A stretch of 64,000 nucleotides of DNA. It comes from Trichoplax sp. H2 (taxonomy: Eukaryota). The stretch lies in the NCBI GenBank assembly GCA_003344405.1, contig NOWV01000002.1, positions 248,001-312,000 on the forward strand. Reading direction: 5' to 3'. Position numbers and translations under genes: made by a program. A model generated the notes under the pieces. It saw nothing but the letters and a program-made list of their open reading frames with translations. It searched no databases and was not told the DNA's origin. Shown one piece after another: positions 25,842 through 38,266 of this stretch (positions are counted from its first letter, which is position 1; every line of letters starts with the position of its first letter).

Positions 25842-28368
25842 TCAAGGCTTCTTCTGATTTGGTAATGTTTCGATAATCAATTTAGGGTGGTGATAAACAT
25901 GTCCAAGTGCAACCTACAACAAGATGTACCCTGTTATTAGAAACTATATGATAATTTATACGCTTATACTCTACGAAAAATATAACATATACATATATGT
26001 AGGTTTCAAACGTACTAATACAAAAACTCACAAACGGGGTAACACAGTTAAAATGTAAATTGACAGTCATTTAATGGATGATTAATAATGAACGACGAGA
26101 AGTGAGGTACGAATAGCGACACTAGCTGGACAAAGTTAAGTGTAAAATACTCGATTAAGCACTATCATACAGACGTATATCAATGTCATGCAGCAATTCA
26201 TCGCATCATGTAAAATCATATAAAAAATCTGTTAAGGCCGTGTACGTATTCAAGATTTTATTTGATGGGACAATTGTAAAGAATTGGTATTCCTGAACAT
26301 TTGCTTTGCACCATCATTTATTTACGATTTATTTCAGTACAATTTTTTGAACGTGTTATTACTAGAAGAGAAAGTATCGTATATACCCTTACTGTACAAT
26401 ACAGGGAGCTTCAGATTTTTTATTGATATGCCGTACTATACCTGCCGCTTGATTATTTCTAGGTTATGGTTTGCTTTAGATATTAATTGATTAATTACAT
26501 CAGGATCCGTAACAGTTTTGTTCTCCTTAAATGCATCTTTTATTCTTCTTAACGCATAAGCCCTAAAAATAATGCAGATTGTTACATACGCGTATTAGCC
26601 TCCATAAATAAAGTCAATATATTATCGATAAAGCATGGAGAAATCAGGTGTACATTATCTATAAAGTAAAGATATATATGCCATGTAATATACTGTATGT
26701 AGTATAGTATGGATTCAATAATACGCGTACATTAGCTTTCACAATTTTTGTCCTTGTCACTGTTAAATTATCACAAAATTACAACAGTACTATACGTGTG
26801 TTATAAGAAAGAGTTTAGACCGCACTATTGTAACGTTGCATCACAACCTTATGTCTATCATAATAGATCTCTGTTTTACGAATGACAAATAGCTACAGAA
26901 GGAAAATTTGGTAGTTTATTACCTTCAGTATGTGAAACTTTTACTACATAACAGAATCACATTACCATAGTGCACTACTGATTCTTTTAGGCCTCTTATT
27001 ACATAACTTGAACTAATGTAGTAAAGTTGAAGGTCTACGCTAGACCTGAGAAAGGTTTAGTACCTGAGACTTTCTCTACATACGTAATTTATACTTTTAG
27101 ACTGGTCATTTAAGTGATTATACAGTAGCTATAGAAATGAGAATGGATGTCTTTGCTGTTTCCAATATCCGGAATTTTTCACATTATACAGTACAGTACG
27201 TTTATTGTAGAGGACGTACTATAACACTATAGCTCGAGTTGTAGTTATTGCAGTATTATGAAAGTGAAATTGGATCATTTAGTTATCTCCAACATCAGAG
27301 AATCCTATACGTTCTCGTACAATGGGTATACGATAACTCTGTAGTTATGGTGAGTATAGGATTTTTAATTTTAACAATAATTAATCAAAGGGAAATTCAG
27401 ATTAATTAACCTTTCTACAATTGAAGTCAGCAAGTGATGCTGACACAGCATGATTGCAAGAATAAGAATTCCGTTGAATGAATCAGTATGGTAAACAGTG
27501 TCCGTCTATTACATCAGCGCAATATGCAATGAGGGATTTTGCAATAGCAAATATGATCAGTAGAGCTACCGTATTGACTAAAATATGCTTGTATAAAACC
27601 TACTACTGTAATAGGATATTTTTTCATGGAATGTCAGTTCTCGACTATAATCAAACTAAATCAGGGCTTGATTACAAGAAACTACTCACACGGCTATAGG
27701 TGTGATAAATGATATGTCGTATCTAATATAATCACTAGAGTTACTCTAATGACTTGGATGTATATAAAATGCTTCTAATTTGACATTCTTAGGGATCGCA
27801 TCTCTGTCATTACTCTTGGTCAAGCTAAATTCAGGACTTGATTATGTGGAGCTACTCCATTACAGCACGTCATTTAGCTACACTTTTACTTATAGCTGCA
27901 ATAATCGACTTGAAACCTAATCCGTAGAGTTAGGTTATATACTTCGATGTATAAAGGCTTATCATCATTGGACATTTTAAGTAGTTTTTCCGATATAACT
28001 TTTGTCTATAGCGAGATCTATTCAAGGCTTGATTCCATGAAGCTGTTCTGTAGGTCATAAATCTACCTACTGTATAGTTGCATAATCGATTTGTAATGTG
28101 TAACATACTCAGTAAAAGTTCCGCTATCTACTTAGACGTATAAAAGCTTGTCATAATTGGATATTTTGAGTAGTATTTATGTTGTAACTCTTGTCTATAG
28201 CAAAACCGATCCCAGCCTTGATTATTAGAACTTTTCAACACAACATGCCATGCATGCATTGGACACATTAGCGCTACATTACCTATAGCTGTAAATAGGA
28301 AATTGACTTCCAGCTTTCATCATTTGTCTATATAACTTCAAAACTTGTGATGCAGTTGAATTTGACAT
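25842..28368 (-). CDS. LYRM4: LYR motif protein 4 (ISD11), mitochondrial Fe-S cluster assembly
   Basis: Three exons: MSNSTASQVLKLYRQMMKAGSQFPIYSYR | AYALRRIKDAFKENKTVTDPDVINQLISKANHNLEIIKRQ | VALGHVYHHPKLIIETLPNQKKP*. LYR motif and Y.YR.YA.RR..DAF.EN signature. Confidence 0.92.
27585..28225. repeat. Highly degenerate tandem repeat (about 4 x 170-190 nt) in LYRM4 intron 1
   Basis: Recurring blocks (gtataaaa ... ggayattt ... ctatag ... gcttgatt) end near 27672, 27843, 28034 and 28223. The last two copies align best. Confidence 0.6.
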
Positions 28369-29016
28369 ATCTGATCTCAAAAACTGGCTGATTTTATCGA
28401 TGTAAACGACAATCGGAAGCTTAACAGTTAGGATATCCAATAATTCTCCAGCTCGCAAAGCGCAAATTTGATTCTTGAAGCTGTTGCGTACCGGTAACCA
28501 GATGTAATGCCCATAAATTTTTTTTGAGTATACTGTATAATATACTACTGCATGTGGAGTACAAATGGTGTTAACGATGAATAAGTGGGTAGAGCTGGCT
28601 AGAGTCAGCGCGGCCATGGTATTTCCTGACTATAGAAGTTACTACGCCTGCCAACCGTCCGACGTCCAGCTTCTGTATAGGCGGGTCTTCCCTACATCAT
28701 TGCTAGGCTACCAAATCTTCCTCCATATGAACGTATCCTGTCTTGAGGTGCCCTTTACCTGCATAAAAAGCTAACTAAAACTGATAGAATTTCAATCCCA
28801 TTTTCAATTTACAAAGCTTACAGCTTCATAGTTGTAAATCAAGGGGAATTTTCAAGCAATGAAATTCTATACCAGAAATGTTTTGAAACTTCTCTCCGTG
28901 ATTGATGAGACCTTCCTATTCAGTCAATTTCTGTTACGTAACGTTGGAGGCTTTTGTGGAAAAAGGACAAGTTTCACTTTACCTATATAATTGAAGATGC
29001 AATCGCAATTTTGATG

Positions 29017-29679
29017 AAAAGCAACCATTTTTAAACGAGTTTGCAACGATGCATATCGCGTGAGCATCATCTGTGCCAATGCATTCTACTCTACTCTATG
29101 CATTACTAATATGCAGTAACATACCTCGAGGCCCTGACAGATACCGTACAAGTTTTATTTAAAAGCAACCATTTTTCAACGAGCATCATCTATGCCAATG
29201 CATTCTACTCTACTCTATGCACTACTAATATGCAGTAACATACCTCGAGGTCCTGACAGTTACCGTACAAGTTTTATTTAAAAGCAACCATTTTTAAACG
29301 AGCTTGCAACGATGCATATCGCGTGAGCATCATCTGTGCCAATGCATTCTACTCTACTCTATGCACTACTAATATGCAGTAACATACCTCGAGGTCCTGA
29401 CAGATACCGTACAAGTTTTATTTAAAAGCAACCATTTTCAACGAGCATCATCTATGCCAATGCATTCTACTCTACTCTATGCACTACTAATATGCAGTAA
29501 TATACCTCGAGGTCCTGACAGATACCGTACAAGTTTTATTTAAAAGCAATCGTTTTTAAACGAGCTTGCAACGACCGTGAGCATCACCTGTGCCAACGCA
29601 TTCTACTCTACTCTATGCACTACTAATATGCAGTAACATACCTCGAGGTCCTGACAGTTACCGTACTAGTTTTATTTAA
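29017..29679. repeat. Young tandem array, 5 units alternating 144 and 118-119 nt
   Basis: Units start at aaaagcaa at 29017, 29161, 29280, 29424 and 29542. All carry near-identical gcattctactctactctatgca.tactaatatgcagtaa.atacctcgagg.cctgacag.taccgtac.agttttattt. Confidence 0.97.
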
Positions 29680-30531
29680 CTTAATGGAGGTTCCACTCGC
29701 TCTCTATGGATCGTCAGCGCAGCTTCATTTATGTATTTGTAGAAAAATTAAGCTTTCTCGTGTAAGGGAATCGGGAGAAAAATTCGGAAATTGCTTTGGA
29801 TAGTTTGCTGGCACAGTAGGATAAGTGATTACTCTTGTGAGCAATGTCAGAATTATGGGTGTACTTTAGAAGCTAGGGTGTTACAGTACGCAGCAGTTGC
29901 GGATGATAGTATACTTTACGTATATAACTTTTTTTTGATCTAGGTTGTTATGTCTAGACATAGTACGCCACTTATCATTTCATGTTCAATCACTTATTAA
30001 ACACGAAAGTGAGAATCGAAATAATGTAATTTCATGTTATCCAAGTATACTGCCTCAAGCAGTACTAAATTTAAAAAATTTTAATTTTATATGAAACGCT
30101 CAAAAGTATGAATTAGTCAAATTCAGCTAATTACAATAAATCATTGTCCATCTTAGTTGACTATTCCATCAATTGCTAGCTAATTCGTGAAATTTCCTGC
30201 TAAATTAACACAAAATGCTGACGTGATGAAAGTAGTTGGCGATAGGTTTGGATCCAGAGCACAAAAGTGAGCAAAATGCATTCATCAGAATGCGATTTGC
30301 AAAATTGCTCGTATGTATGAATTGTATTATTCAATTATTATTAATGATTGATTACACTACGAGTATATACGCGTAGTTAGGATCTACAGCATCACTTTTA
30401 CGCGCAGTACTCTCATGTGAGTTGTGCCTATGCATTCGAATCCGGAAGGTTTGGATACACAAGGAATCTAAAGCAGTTTATGATAATAATAATGGAAAAT
30501 CTTTATTCACGTCTACTGCCTCATAGAACTA

Positions 30532-31572
30532 TCATTGTACAACTTCTTCCGACGCTTTAACAGATTTTTTTTTAATCACCTTGAAAGGTATAGGCTTATT
30601 AACAAAAAACTGAGCAATATGTTTCAAACACTTTTCATTAATATCGATTTCTCCATTATAACTACTGAAAAGATCCATTGTATCAGAAGCCCAGGCCATA
30701 TTTACAAGGCCTTTTTCAATGTTGTTTGTCTTTAAAGTATTCAATTGATAACACATAAAAGTAAATTGCTGACCATTAGTTATAATAGTTTGACAACATA
30801 AAGGATGCTTTAAGCTTTGACCTAGTTTACCATCCTTATTCTGTGCATGTGCAGCCAACTGTGCAAAAGACGATATAATTCCTCGAGCTATCGTTTGTTC
30901 TCTTTTATAACTTTTTCTATCAATAATTATCTGTGTGTGAATATAAGGCAATGGATTACCAATTTTATAACCGGGAAAGCTATCAAGATGAACATGCCTC
31001 TTGAATAAGCCTAGATCGCCAACAGGTAAATATTTAGCGGGTCGAAGTTGTTCTATCTTGGGTTCAGCAAATTTGCCTAGTGGAAATTTGCATCTTAAAA
31101 CATACGTTGGACGATCTTCAATTTGAAACATTTCAAAATCACGCGTCCAATAAGCAGCGATTGTCGGCCGATAGGCTAACGAAGCCTTACTCATGTAGGG
31201 ATGCTCGTCCAGTGGATTAATTGACCAAAAAATTCTCATGATATCTTGTAGTAAACCCTGAGCGAAAGGTTCAGCTTTGGAGCGATGATTGGATTCTATT
31301 TGAAATAGCTTAGCTTGTAGTATTGATTTATGTAAATAAGATGATAATCGTTTGAGGGTTGCTTCAGTTACGCTTTCATCATAAACTTCAGGCATTCCTT
31401 CTTGTAATACAGATTTGGTTAGCCATAGGTATTTTGAATCGCATTGAATCGCTTGCGTTCGAGGAGGGACCATGAATGCATGCTTGATCGTCTTGAGCGA
31501 AACCAATGGAAAAAGACGGTCTTTATTTTTCCCCTTAAATTGACGAGCAACAACTTGCTTTATTGCTTTCAT
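30532..31572 (-). CDS. Mitochondrial ribosomal protein of the mL37/mL65 (MRPL37/MRPS30, PDCD9) family; a short upstream exon is possible
   Basis: 346-aa ORF with LWLTKSVLQEGMP, AAYWTRD, HTQ and PLCCQTIITNGQQFTFMCYQLNTL...NMAW...FFVNKP, typical of the family. An in-frame AG acceptor at 31583-31582 could join an upstream exon (e.g. 31787-31659). Confidence 0.85.
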   Translation of the reverse strand: MKAIKQVVARQFKGKNKDRLFPLVSLKTIKHAFMVPPRTQAIQCDSKYLWLTKSVLQEGMPEVYDESVTEATLKRLSSYLHKSILQAKLFQIESNHRSKAEPFAQGLLQDIMRIFWSINPLDEHPYMSKASLAYRPTIAAYWTRDFEMFQIEDRPTYVLRCKFPLGKFAEPKIEQLRPAKYLPVGDLGLFKRHVHLDSFPGYKIGNPLPYIHTQIIIDRKSYKREQTIARGIISSFAQLAAHAQNKDGKLGQSLKHPLCCQTIITNGQQFTFMCYQLNTLKTNNIEKGLVNMAWASDTMDLFSSYNGEIDINEKCLKHIAQFFVNKPIPFKVIKKKSVKASEEVVQ

Positions 31573-31789
31573 AATTTTATTCTACTGCTATTGGAATTGC
31601 TTGTTAACTTAAATCTGCATCAATGATAGCATCCAAAGTTTCATCTTGTAATGTTAACTTGAATGAATTTTCGGCGATCAGCCAGCTCGATCTCCAATTT
31701 GGAGGTACTGGTACTGATGCAGCTGGACGGGATCACATATGTGAGAACTGGCCCAATGCAAGCTAAACTTGGACGGCATCGTTTCATCC

Positions 31790-31985
31790 ACTACAGTACT
31801 ACTTGCATAGCGCAGTGTATGCGTTGTAGCATAGTCATCCTGAATACAAGTGATACAGTACGGTACAGTACAGTACCGTACAGTGTACAGTATACTGTCG
31901 ATATCATACTACTGTACACTGTACACTGTAGGCAGCATACTACTGTACTGTACTGTACCGTGTACAGGCTGCGGTACAGTACAGT
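31790..31985. promoter_or_regulatory. TACAGTAC/ACTGTAC motif array in the divergent gap between the mL37/mL65 gene and TRAPPC2L
   Basis: Dense runs such as tacagtacggtacagtacagtaccgtacagtgtacagtatactgt between head-to-head genes. Regulatory function is inferred from position. Confidence 0.6.
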
Positions 31986-32295
31986 AGAAGCAAATTGAAG
32001 TCGGGCCTTTGCGATGAAGACCGATGCAATTCGCCAGACTGACCAAGAAAGGCAACCCTTGCAGTTTAGTTGGAATTTGGATGGCATGCATGTCCGGTGG
32101 TAGGAAGAATTAGAATAGCTCTACGATTGAACGACAGACTACTGGATTCATCGATCATTTACAACCTCAATAACTTATAGTTTTAACTAAAGGTACTTTT
32201 AAGGGTACTTGATAATATCCTTGAAAACTCCTACTTGAAGGTTCAAAACTGTGTCATCATCTCCAGAAATCAAAATTATTCCTTGATCGTTGAAG

Positions 32296-33564
32296 ATGGC
32301 TGTATGTGTTGCTGTTATTGCAAGAGATGTAAGTGCACGAACGAAACACCTTGCATTCAAATGATAACCGTTATACATTGTTGTGTAGATTACAATAATG
32401 TAGTAGTGAATGGATACTATCGGTCCATAGTTTAGCAACACTATACGAGTAATACATCCTACCATGATACAAGACGTGTATGCAAAGCAATATTGCAAAC
32501 CTGTATCGGGAAGCTTTCTACATATTTTAAACCGCACTACGTTAGAGTAACTTCAACTCTGATTTTAATCCATTTGTCCATGTTCTATTATAGTAATTGT
32601 TATTTTATTTCGTTTAATGACAGAACTACCCTTTGTATATACGAACAGCCGAGCCCGATCACGAGCTGAAATTCCATTATATAGCTCATACTTCACTAGA
32701 TGTGATTGAGGAAAAATGTACGGTATCATATCTTACTGTAGCTATGACCGACGTCATGCACTCGGTAGAATAAATGTCACAGGTAAACCTGATCTTACTA
32801 TACTTTGCTATATATCTTAATTAGTGGCAACGTTAACCAAAACAACTAGCGATATGCGTGAACTATATCTGGGAATACTTTATCCAACGGAAGATTACAA
32901 AGTGTATCCTTCTACAAATTAAACTACCTATTCCTTTTAATAACGTAAATGTTGATGCTGTTATCAATTCAAGTGTTAAATAACTTCTGATCATGATTAC
33001 GGTAGAGCTCCATGTATGAAATTGCTGTACGTGTATTCTTCCTTAAACTATCTCAAGTTACGGATATGTTACCAATACCAAAATAAAATTTGTGGTGGTT
33101 GTCGACGCTTCTGGAATTAATTATCGAGATACTGAAATGAGGGCGGTAAGTTCAATTCGATACTATTCGTGCTAGGCAGATGATTTTCACTATAAATATT
33201 TATGTACATGTTAGTTTGTAAACTGTTTTTTCTGTAAAATTAATTTCTAGATATTTCGCAAACTACATCACGCATATTCCGATGTTATATCAAATCCTTT
33301 TTATACTCCAGAAACCACCATAACATCGCCGTAAGTATCAAAAGCTGACAGACAATTCTAGCGTATTGAACATTGACGTAGATATTATTGGTGATAATCA
33401 CCAACTATAATACCTAAAGAACTGTAGCACTCTGCACAATCTTAATGGTAGCTATTAGTAATATCTAGTAGGAAATCTTTAGTAATAAATTTTTTGTATG
33501 TTGATTTTTTGATAGAAATTTCGATAAAGCAGTACGAAATATAATGGTAAAAGTAGATGCATAG
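32296..33564 (+). CDS. TRAPPC2L: Trafficking protein particle complex subunit 2-like
   Basis: [42 protein letters not shown]|..[34 protein letters not shown]..|[20 protein letters not shown]..|[15 protein letters not shown]. Confidence 0.95.
32904..33057 (+). other. U12-type (minor spliceosome) GT-AG intron in TRAPPC2L
   Basis: Donor GTATCCTTC at 32904; branch site TTCCTTAAAC at 33039-33048, 9 nt before the intron end at 33057; no polypyrimidine tract. Removal restores EDYKV/YGYVTN. Confidence 0.9.
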
Positions 33565-34733
33565 CCCGTACGAACGTCGTCATGGGTGAATCCAACGCTT
33601 AACGAAATTGAGCGCATTACTGCTACATTAACACCAGAAGTAACGCTGTCCACTATCATGGGATATACACGTACAGAAGCTGCACACTGTCCCATAGATG
33701 AATTCATCCTAAAACAGCCTTTCTGTATTATAGGTGTGTAGCAGAGAAACCTTCGCCGAGTTAATCAATCAATTAGCCGTAATTAAACCATATATCTAAC
33801 TGTATATTTCTTTCTTGCGACAACTATCCTACCACATTCATAGACACATGCGTTATATCTTTCTTCATTTTTTTGTATCTTATCAATTTCTGGATATGAA
33901 TATCATAATTAAAGTGATTGCAAAGATTCCTTTATTGAGATATTTTCTCTGGCTGTGAGATGACTTTTGAAATGTAACCTATTCTATTAATTATTTCCAT
34001 TTTAGTAGAGAAATAGTTCAGTCTTAGTGCTGTAAAGCAGTACTACACTGTATTATATTTTTTATTTTTATACAGGTTATTAGTAATGACGTCAACAAAC
34101 ATTTACAGAATATAAAAGTCATATCGCAGTAATGATAACTTGATACTATGTTTAGGCACCAATCAGCTCCATACGTACATTGTTAATGCTACCAGATCAT
34201 GTACGAATACTCGTATGTACAAAATTAATTAAGTTAAGCCTCGCAAGATAGTTTACAAGAAGTAACTTTACAAAGTTTTTATCATAACGGTAAATTCTTA
34301 CATATAAGGTAAAATCGTGTAAGCGTGTACCTTTGGCAAGCTGCAATTGCACAGATAACGCTCCACTTGAGTGAGTGAATAGTAATTTCACAATAGACAA
34401 AATCTATAGATTTTAATGACCGTAAATTTTCTCCAGAACATAGCAATTCAAATCTAAAGCAGAAAATGATGTTGTTATCAAATTCTTATCGTGAATCTTC
34501 CAGATAATATGAAGACTTTCATTCATTCGGAAGCAATAGCGTACAACATAGAACTAGAACATGACTCTAAGCGTCATTAAGTAGCCAATACATAAAAGAA
34601 ACATTATTTTGAGATCAAATGCTATAAAAGCCACGGAAAGAGTTTCCATTTCGAATATATGTAGTATATATAACAAATGATATAGGGAAGTTAGATGCGT
34701 ACATTTATTCTTGGATGTACGCTAGTATGGCTT

Positions 34734-36542
34734 TCAATACGGCCTGTATACATTTCTTCTAAACCTATAAAATATCGATGAAAGCTTAAGTTATTGGCAC
34801 ATCCTAGAAAAGTACTACAAAGAAGATGAGATTGTATACAGTAGGCGCTGCATTGCTACAGTACCTGCTACGCCTTCTGGGTCCACCTACACCACCATGC
34901 CGAAATGGTCGTCGTCCGCGGCGAAATCCTCTGTCTGTGGAACTAACACCAGGGCGATTAGTTCGTTTAGGTGATACCTATCAATGAATAATTGATATTA
35001 AGTTATTGAGTACGTCCCAAGATCAAGAAGAGTATGCCAATTTATTTATCATATCGATTTTAACTCAAACCTTTATTTGCCTTCCACGGAATAATGAATC
35101 ATCTAAAGCCATTGCAGTTTTCACCGATTCTTTATCGGAGAATTCAATGTAAGCAAATCTACAGTAAATATAAACGTTGTGTATTGTTATACAACACTTA
35201 TCCTATGGTATTTAATTAAGTAAGGTTCATTGCAGGCGATCATGCATGACCAAGTGAACGTCCAAGGGTATGAAAGCAGTGCAATTTTTCAGCTTATCAG
35301 GTTGCAAATGTTAGCTGAAAATACCCTAGTTTAGTTAAAATTCTCTACAAATTTATTTATTTTTGGTGTATATTATGCAATGTTTACAGCTTCAACATTG
35401 AGTTTAGCAAATTGATAAGAGAACTCCTCCGAATGGAAATGAGTTTACTTTTAATTACCCTTTGGGATGACCACTGAATTTATCACATAAGATCGTGACT
35501 CTGTTTACTGATCCACAACCATGAAAATGTTGTTCTAACTCTTCTGCAGTTGCTGCATAGTCAACCTATATTATTGGAGAATTTACATTGGAAATGGGGA
35601 TATGAAATTGCTAATTTTCAGGCTGAAGAAATCTATACAATAAGGAAAGAAATAGTTCAAGTTCGATTACGCGTACATTTCCGACATATACTGAACGTGC
35701 ATCCGCTTCAGCCTTATCCTCCGTTGTTCCTTAAATTAATTTGAAAAATTTAAAATTCTACCATTATTATATGGTAAATTGATTTCATCTTGGAGGCTAA
35801 CGTGTTGTTACCATAATGAGTAGACAGGACTAATACGCGGCGGTATACTTGTAATAAGTTTCAATAGCCAACCTTCTTACCTGCTGATCCTAAAACACTT
35901 TTTTCGACCTCATTTTGCATTTCTTTCAACTTTTCAGCTTCTTCTTCCATTTCTTTTACGCGAGCTTTTATGGCTTGCAATTCCTACAAAACAGATCAAC
36001 GTCATGCATAACTCATTTTGCAACTAATCTGACAGATTGTTTTCAATTTGATATTGATCATGGAATGAGTGCCAAGACAAGTACGATCAACTGAAGGCAA
36101 GCATTCTACGTACTTTGTAGTCTGTAGTGCAGTATTACTAATGGAAGATTGTCGACAGCCTGTATCAACCATCATAATTCATTGTTATGAGCAAAATAAA
36201 AAGAAAGAATTTCTCCTTGACTGAAGTATTCAGGAGTGCTTGTCGTCAGCGCACACCTTTGTAATGACAGTGCACTTGAGCAATGACCAACTACTGATGG
36301 ACATAACGCAATACTGTACTGTAATATCTATCTTGGATACTATTCTACAAGAATACTTGTATATCCGATGCGAAGATGAAAATAAAAAGGTGACCTACTG
36401 GATCATCAGCTTCATTATCGCCAGTTAAAAGACTATCGGTAGCCATAGCACTTTCCTCTTTGGTATCATTGGTTGAATTGCCATCCATAAAGAATGATAC
36501 CTCACCTTCGCCGCCATTTAAATCTGACTCTAATTCAGCCAT
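34734..36542 (-). CDS. PABPN1: Nuclear poly(A)-binding protein PABPN1 (PABP2)
   Basis: Acidic N-terminus; [28 protein letters not shown] coiled coil; [83 protein letters not shown]; Arg-rich tail ending YRPY*. Confidence 0.96.
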
Positions 36543-37157
36543 CTTTTGATTACTATTTGATACAATCGTATAATATCAATGTCTTAAATAAGAGGGCAAA
36601 TCAAGGCTTCAAGTATTTGAAAATGGGATTTCACTGCTTATCTGTTAAGATAAATTATAGATCTCTCAAGATTCCTCCAGATACAAAGTAGTCTAGGATA
36701 AATAAATGGCAACGAAGGCTAAGCTTTTACAGCATCATTTCCCACTTACGATAGAGCTGCTGATTGTAGTACGTTTTGCAACGTAGTGACACAATACCGA
36801 CCGTTCCGGTACAGTACTGTAACGTCAACGTTGACCGCGTCACCCTACGCTTTGGGTATCGCCAGTGGCATCATACGGTGTTGCTACTACAATACACTCG
36901 AGTACAATGCTACAGTACTGTACTGTAGTTAGCAGCACGGTGAGGCAAAGCCCGCCACGGGCTGCAGCTCCTCTTTTCATTTTACCTGCAGTCCTGTCCA
37001 AGATTATTATTTTATTTTATCCATACCGTATGATCACAGGACTGGGCTGTGTACCAACCTGCATGATGGTTACGTCCAGCAATATTACTGGAAGCACTAT
37101 AAGCAACTTGGTAATTGTCACTATCCCTTTGTGACACCGTCAGAGTGCAATGGACAT

Positions 37158-37550
37158 TGTACAGTACAGTGCTGTACTGTACAGTACTGTACTGTACACT
37201 CTTTTAAAACATCACGTCGCCACCTTGAGTTTTGCACGGTAGTGTCATGAGTTTTGCATGCTGACTACAGTAAGCACTTTTCTACAGTGTACAGTGTACA
37301 GTGTGCACCAGCGTACAGTAGACGTGTAGTACTGAGTTTTGCACGATAGTGTCATGAGTTTTGCATGATCACTACAGTACGAACTTTTCTACAGTGCACA
37401 CTCGACAGTGTACAGTACACGTCCAGTGCGTCCGTCCGGTGCAGTACTGTACGGTATAGTACGGTCCAGTTACGAACTTTTCTACAGTGTACTGTACAGT
37501 GTGCACTAGCATACACTACGTCCGTCCGGTGTCATGACTGTAACGGTACG
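37158..37550. repeat. Motif-rich local tandem duplications in the PABPN1/FAM210B divergent gap
   Basis: gagttttgcacg.tagtgtcatgagttttgcatg occurs twice, acttttctacagtg three times and cgtccgtccggtg twice, interspersed with acagtactgt runs. Confidence 0.8.
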
Positions 37551-38266
37551 CATGCGCAGTATAGGGTGAGGAAATCAATTCATTAAACTTAACTTCAACT
37601 TGTCTTGTATCATGGCGACAGCGATAATGTAACGTAAAAAAAGGTACAAGCAAAATATCATAAAAAAGGGATCGACTAGTTGTATATACAACAAATGTCT
37701 TCTCTGATTTATTCATAATAATAATAATCAATATTCCCCCTAGACGCGTAATCATCTTACATCTCGTCTCGGATTGCTAATTGCAGACTATATCCACTCA
37801 AGTTTGTAGACTACTACTGTACAGTGTTGAAGAATAATGAATAATAGGATTGCAGTTTGCAAGCCTGTTGTACACTTCATCAAGTGATTGTACAGTAGTA
37901 GAATGGACTAGAGAAGAAAATGAAAGAGAACTTCTTCGTCTTTCGTAGTTGAGCAATTTCTCATCGTTGCACAGCAGGCACAACAAACGCGCTACTGCCT
38001 AATACGTAACTATGGCACCATAGACTATACTAGATAGATTAAGGCCATCAACATCGATAGAATAAGATATTTCAACAGTAAACAGTGTACTATATACTGT
38101 ACTTTACCTGGTATGAGTGCCTGGTACCAGTCGTCGATGACATACGTCGTACAGTAGTTCACAGTTGCCGCTGGACGCTGCCGTAAAAGCAATCATTAAT
38201 TGGTGTGGAATAGCCGGACGGAGCTAGAAGCAAAAATCATCTTGAGTTTCTTGAATATTCTGCAGC

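Noticed and set aside
29017..29679. CRISPR array interpretation of the tandem repeat
   Set aside because: Units are over 100 nt and near-identical throughout, with no unique spacers or cas genes; eukaryotic context.
31663..32091. Overlapping ORFs rich in Y/S/T/V/Q/C (also 1573-1813, 37365-37586, 45713-46155, 56578-57082, 59382-59606)
   Set aside because: Artefacts of the stop-poor TACAGTAC arrays; the peptides just spell the motif (STVQYCTV) on both strands.
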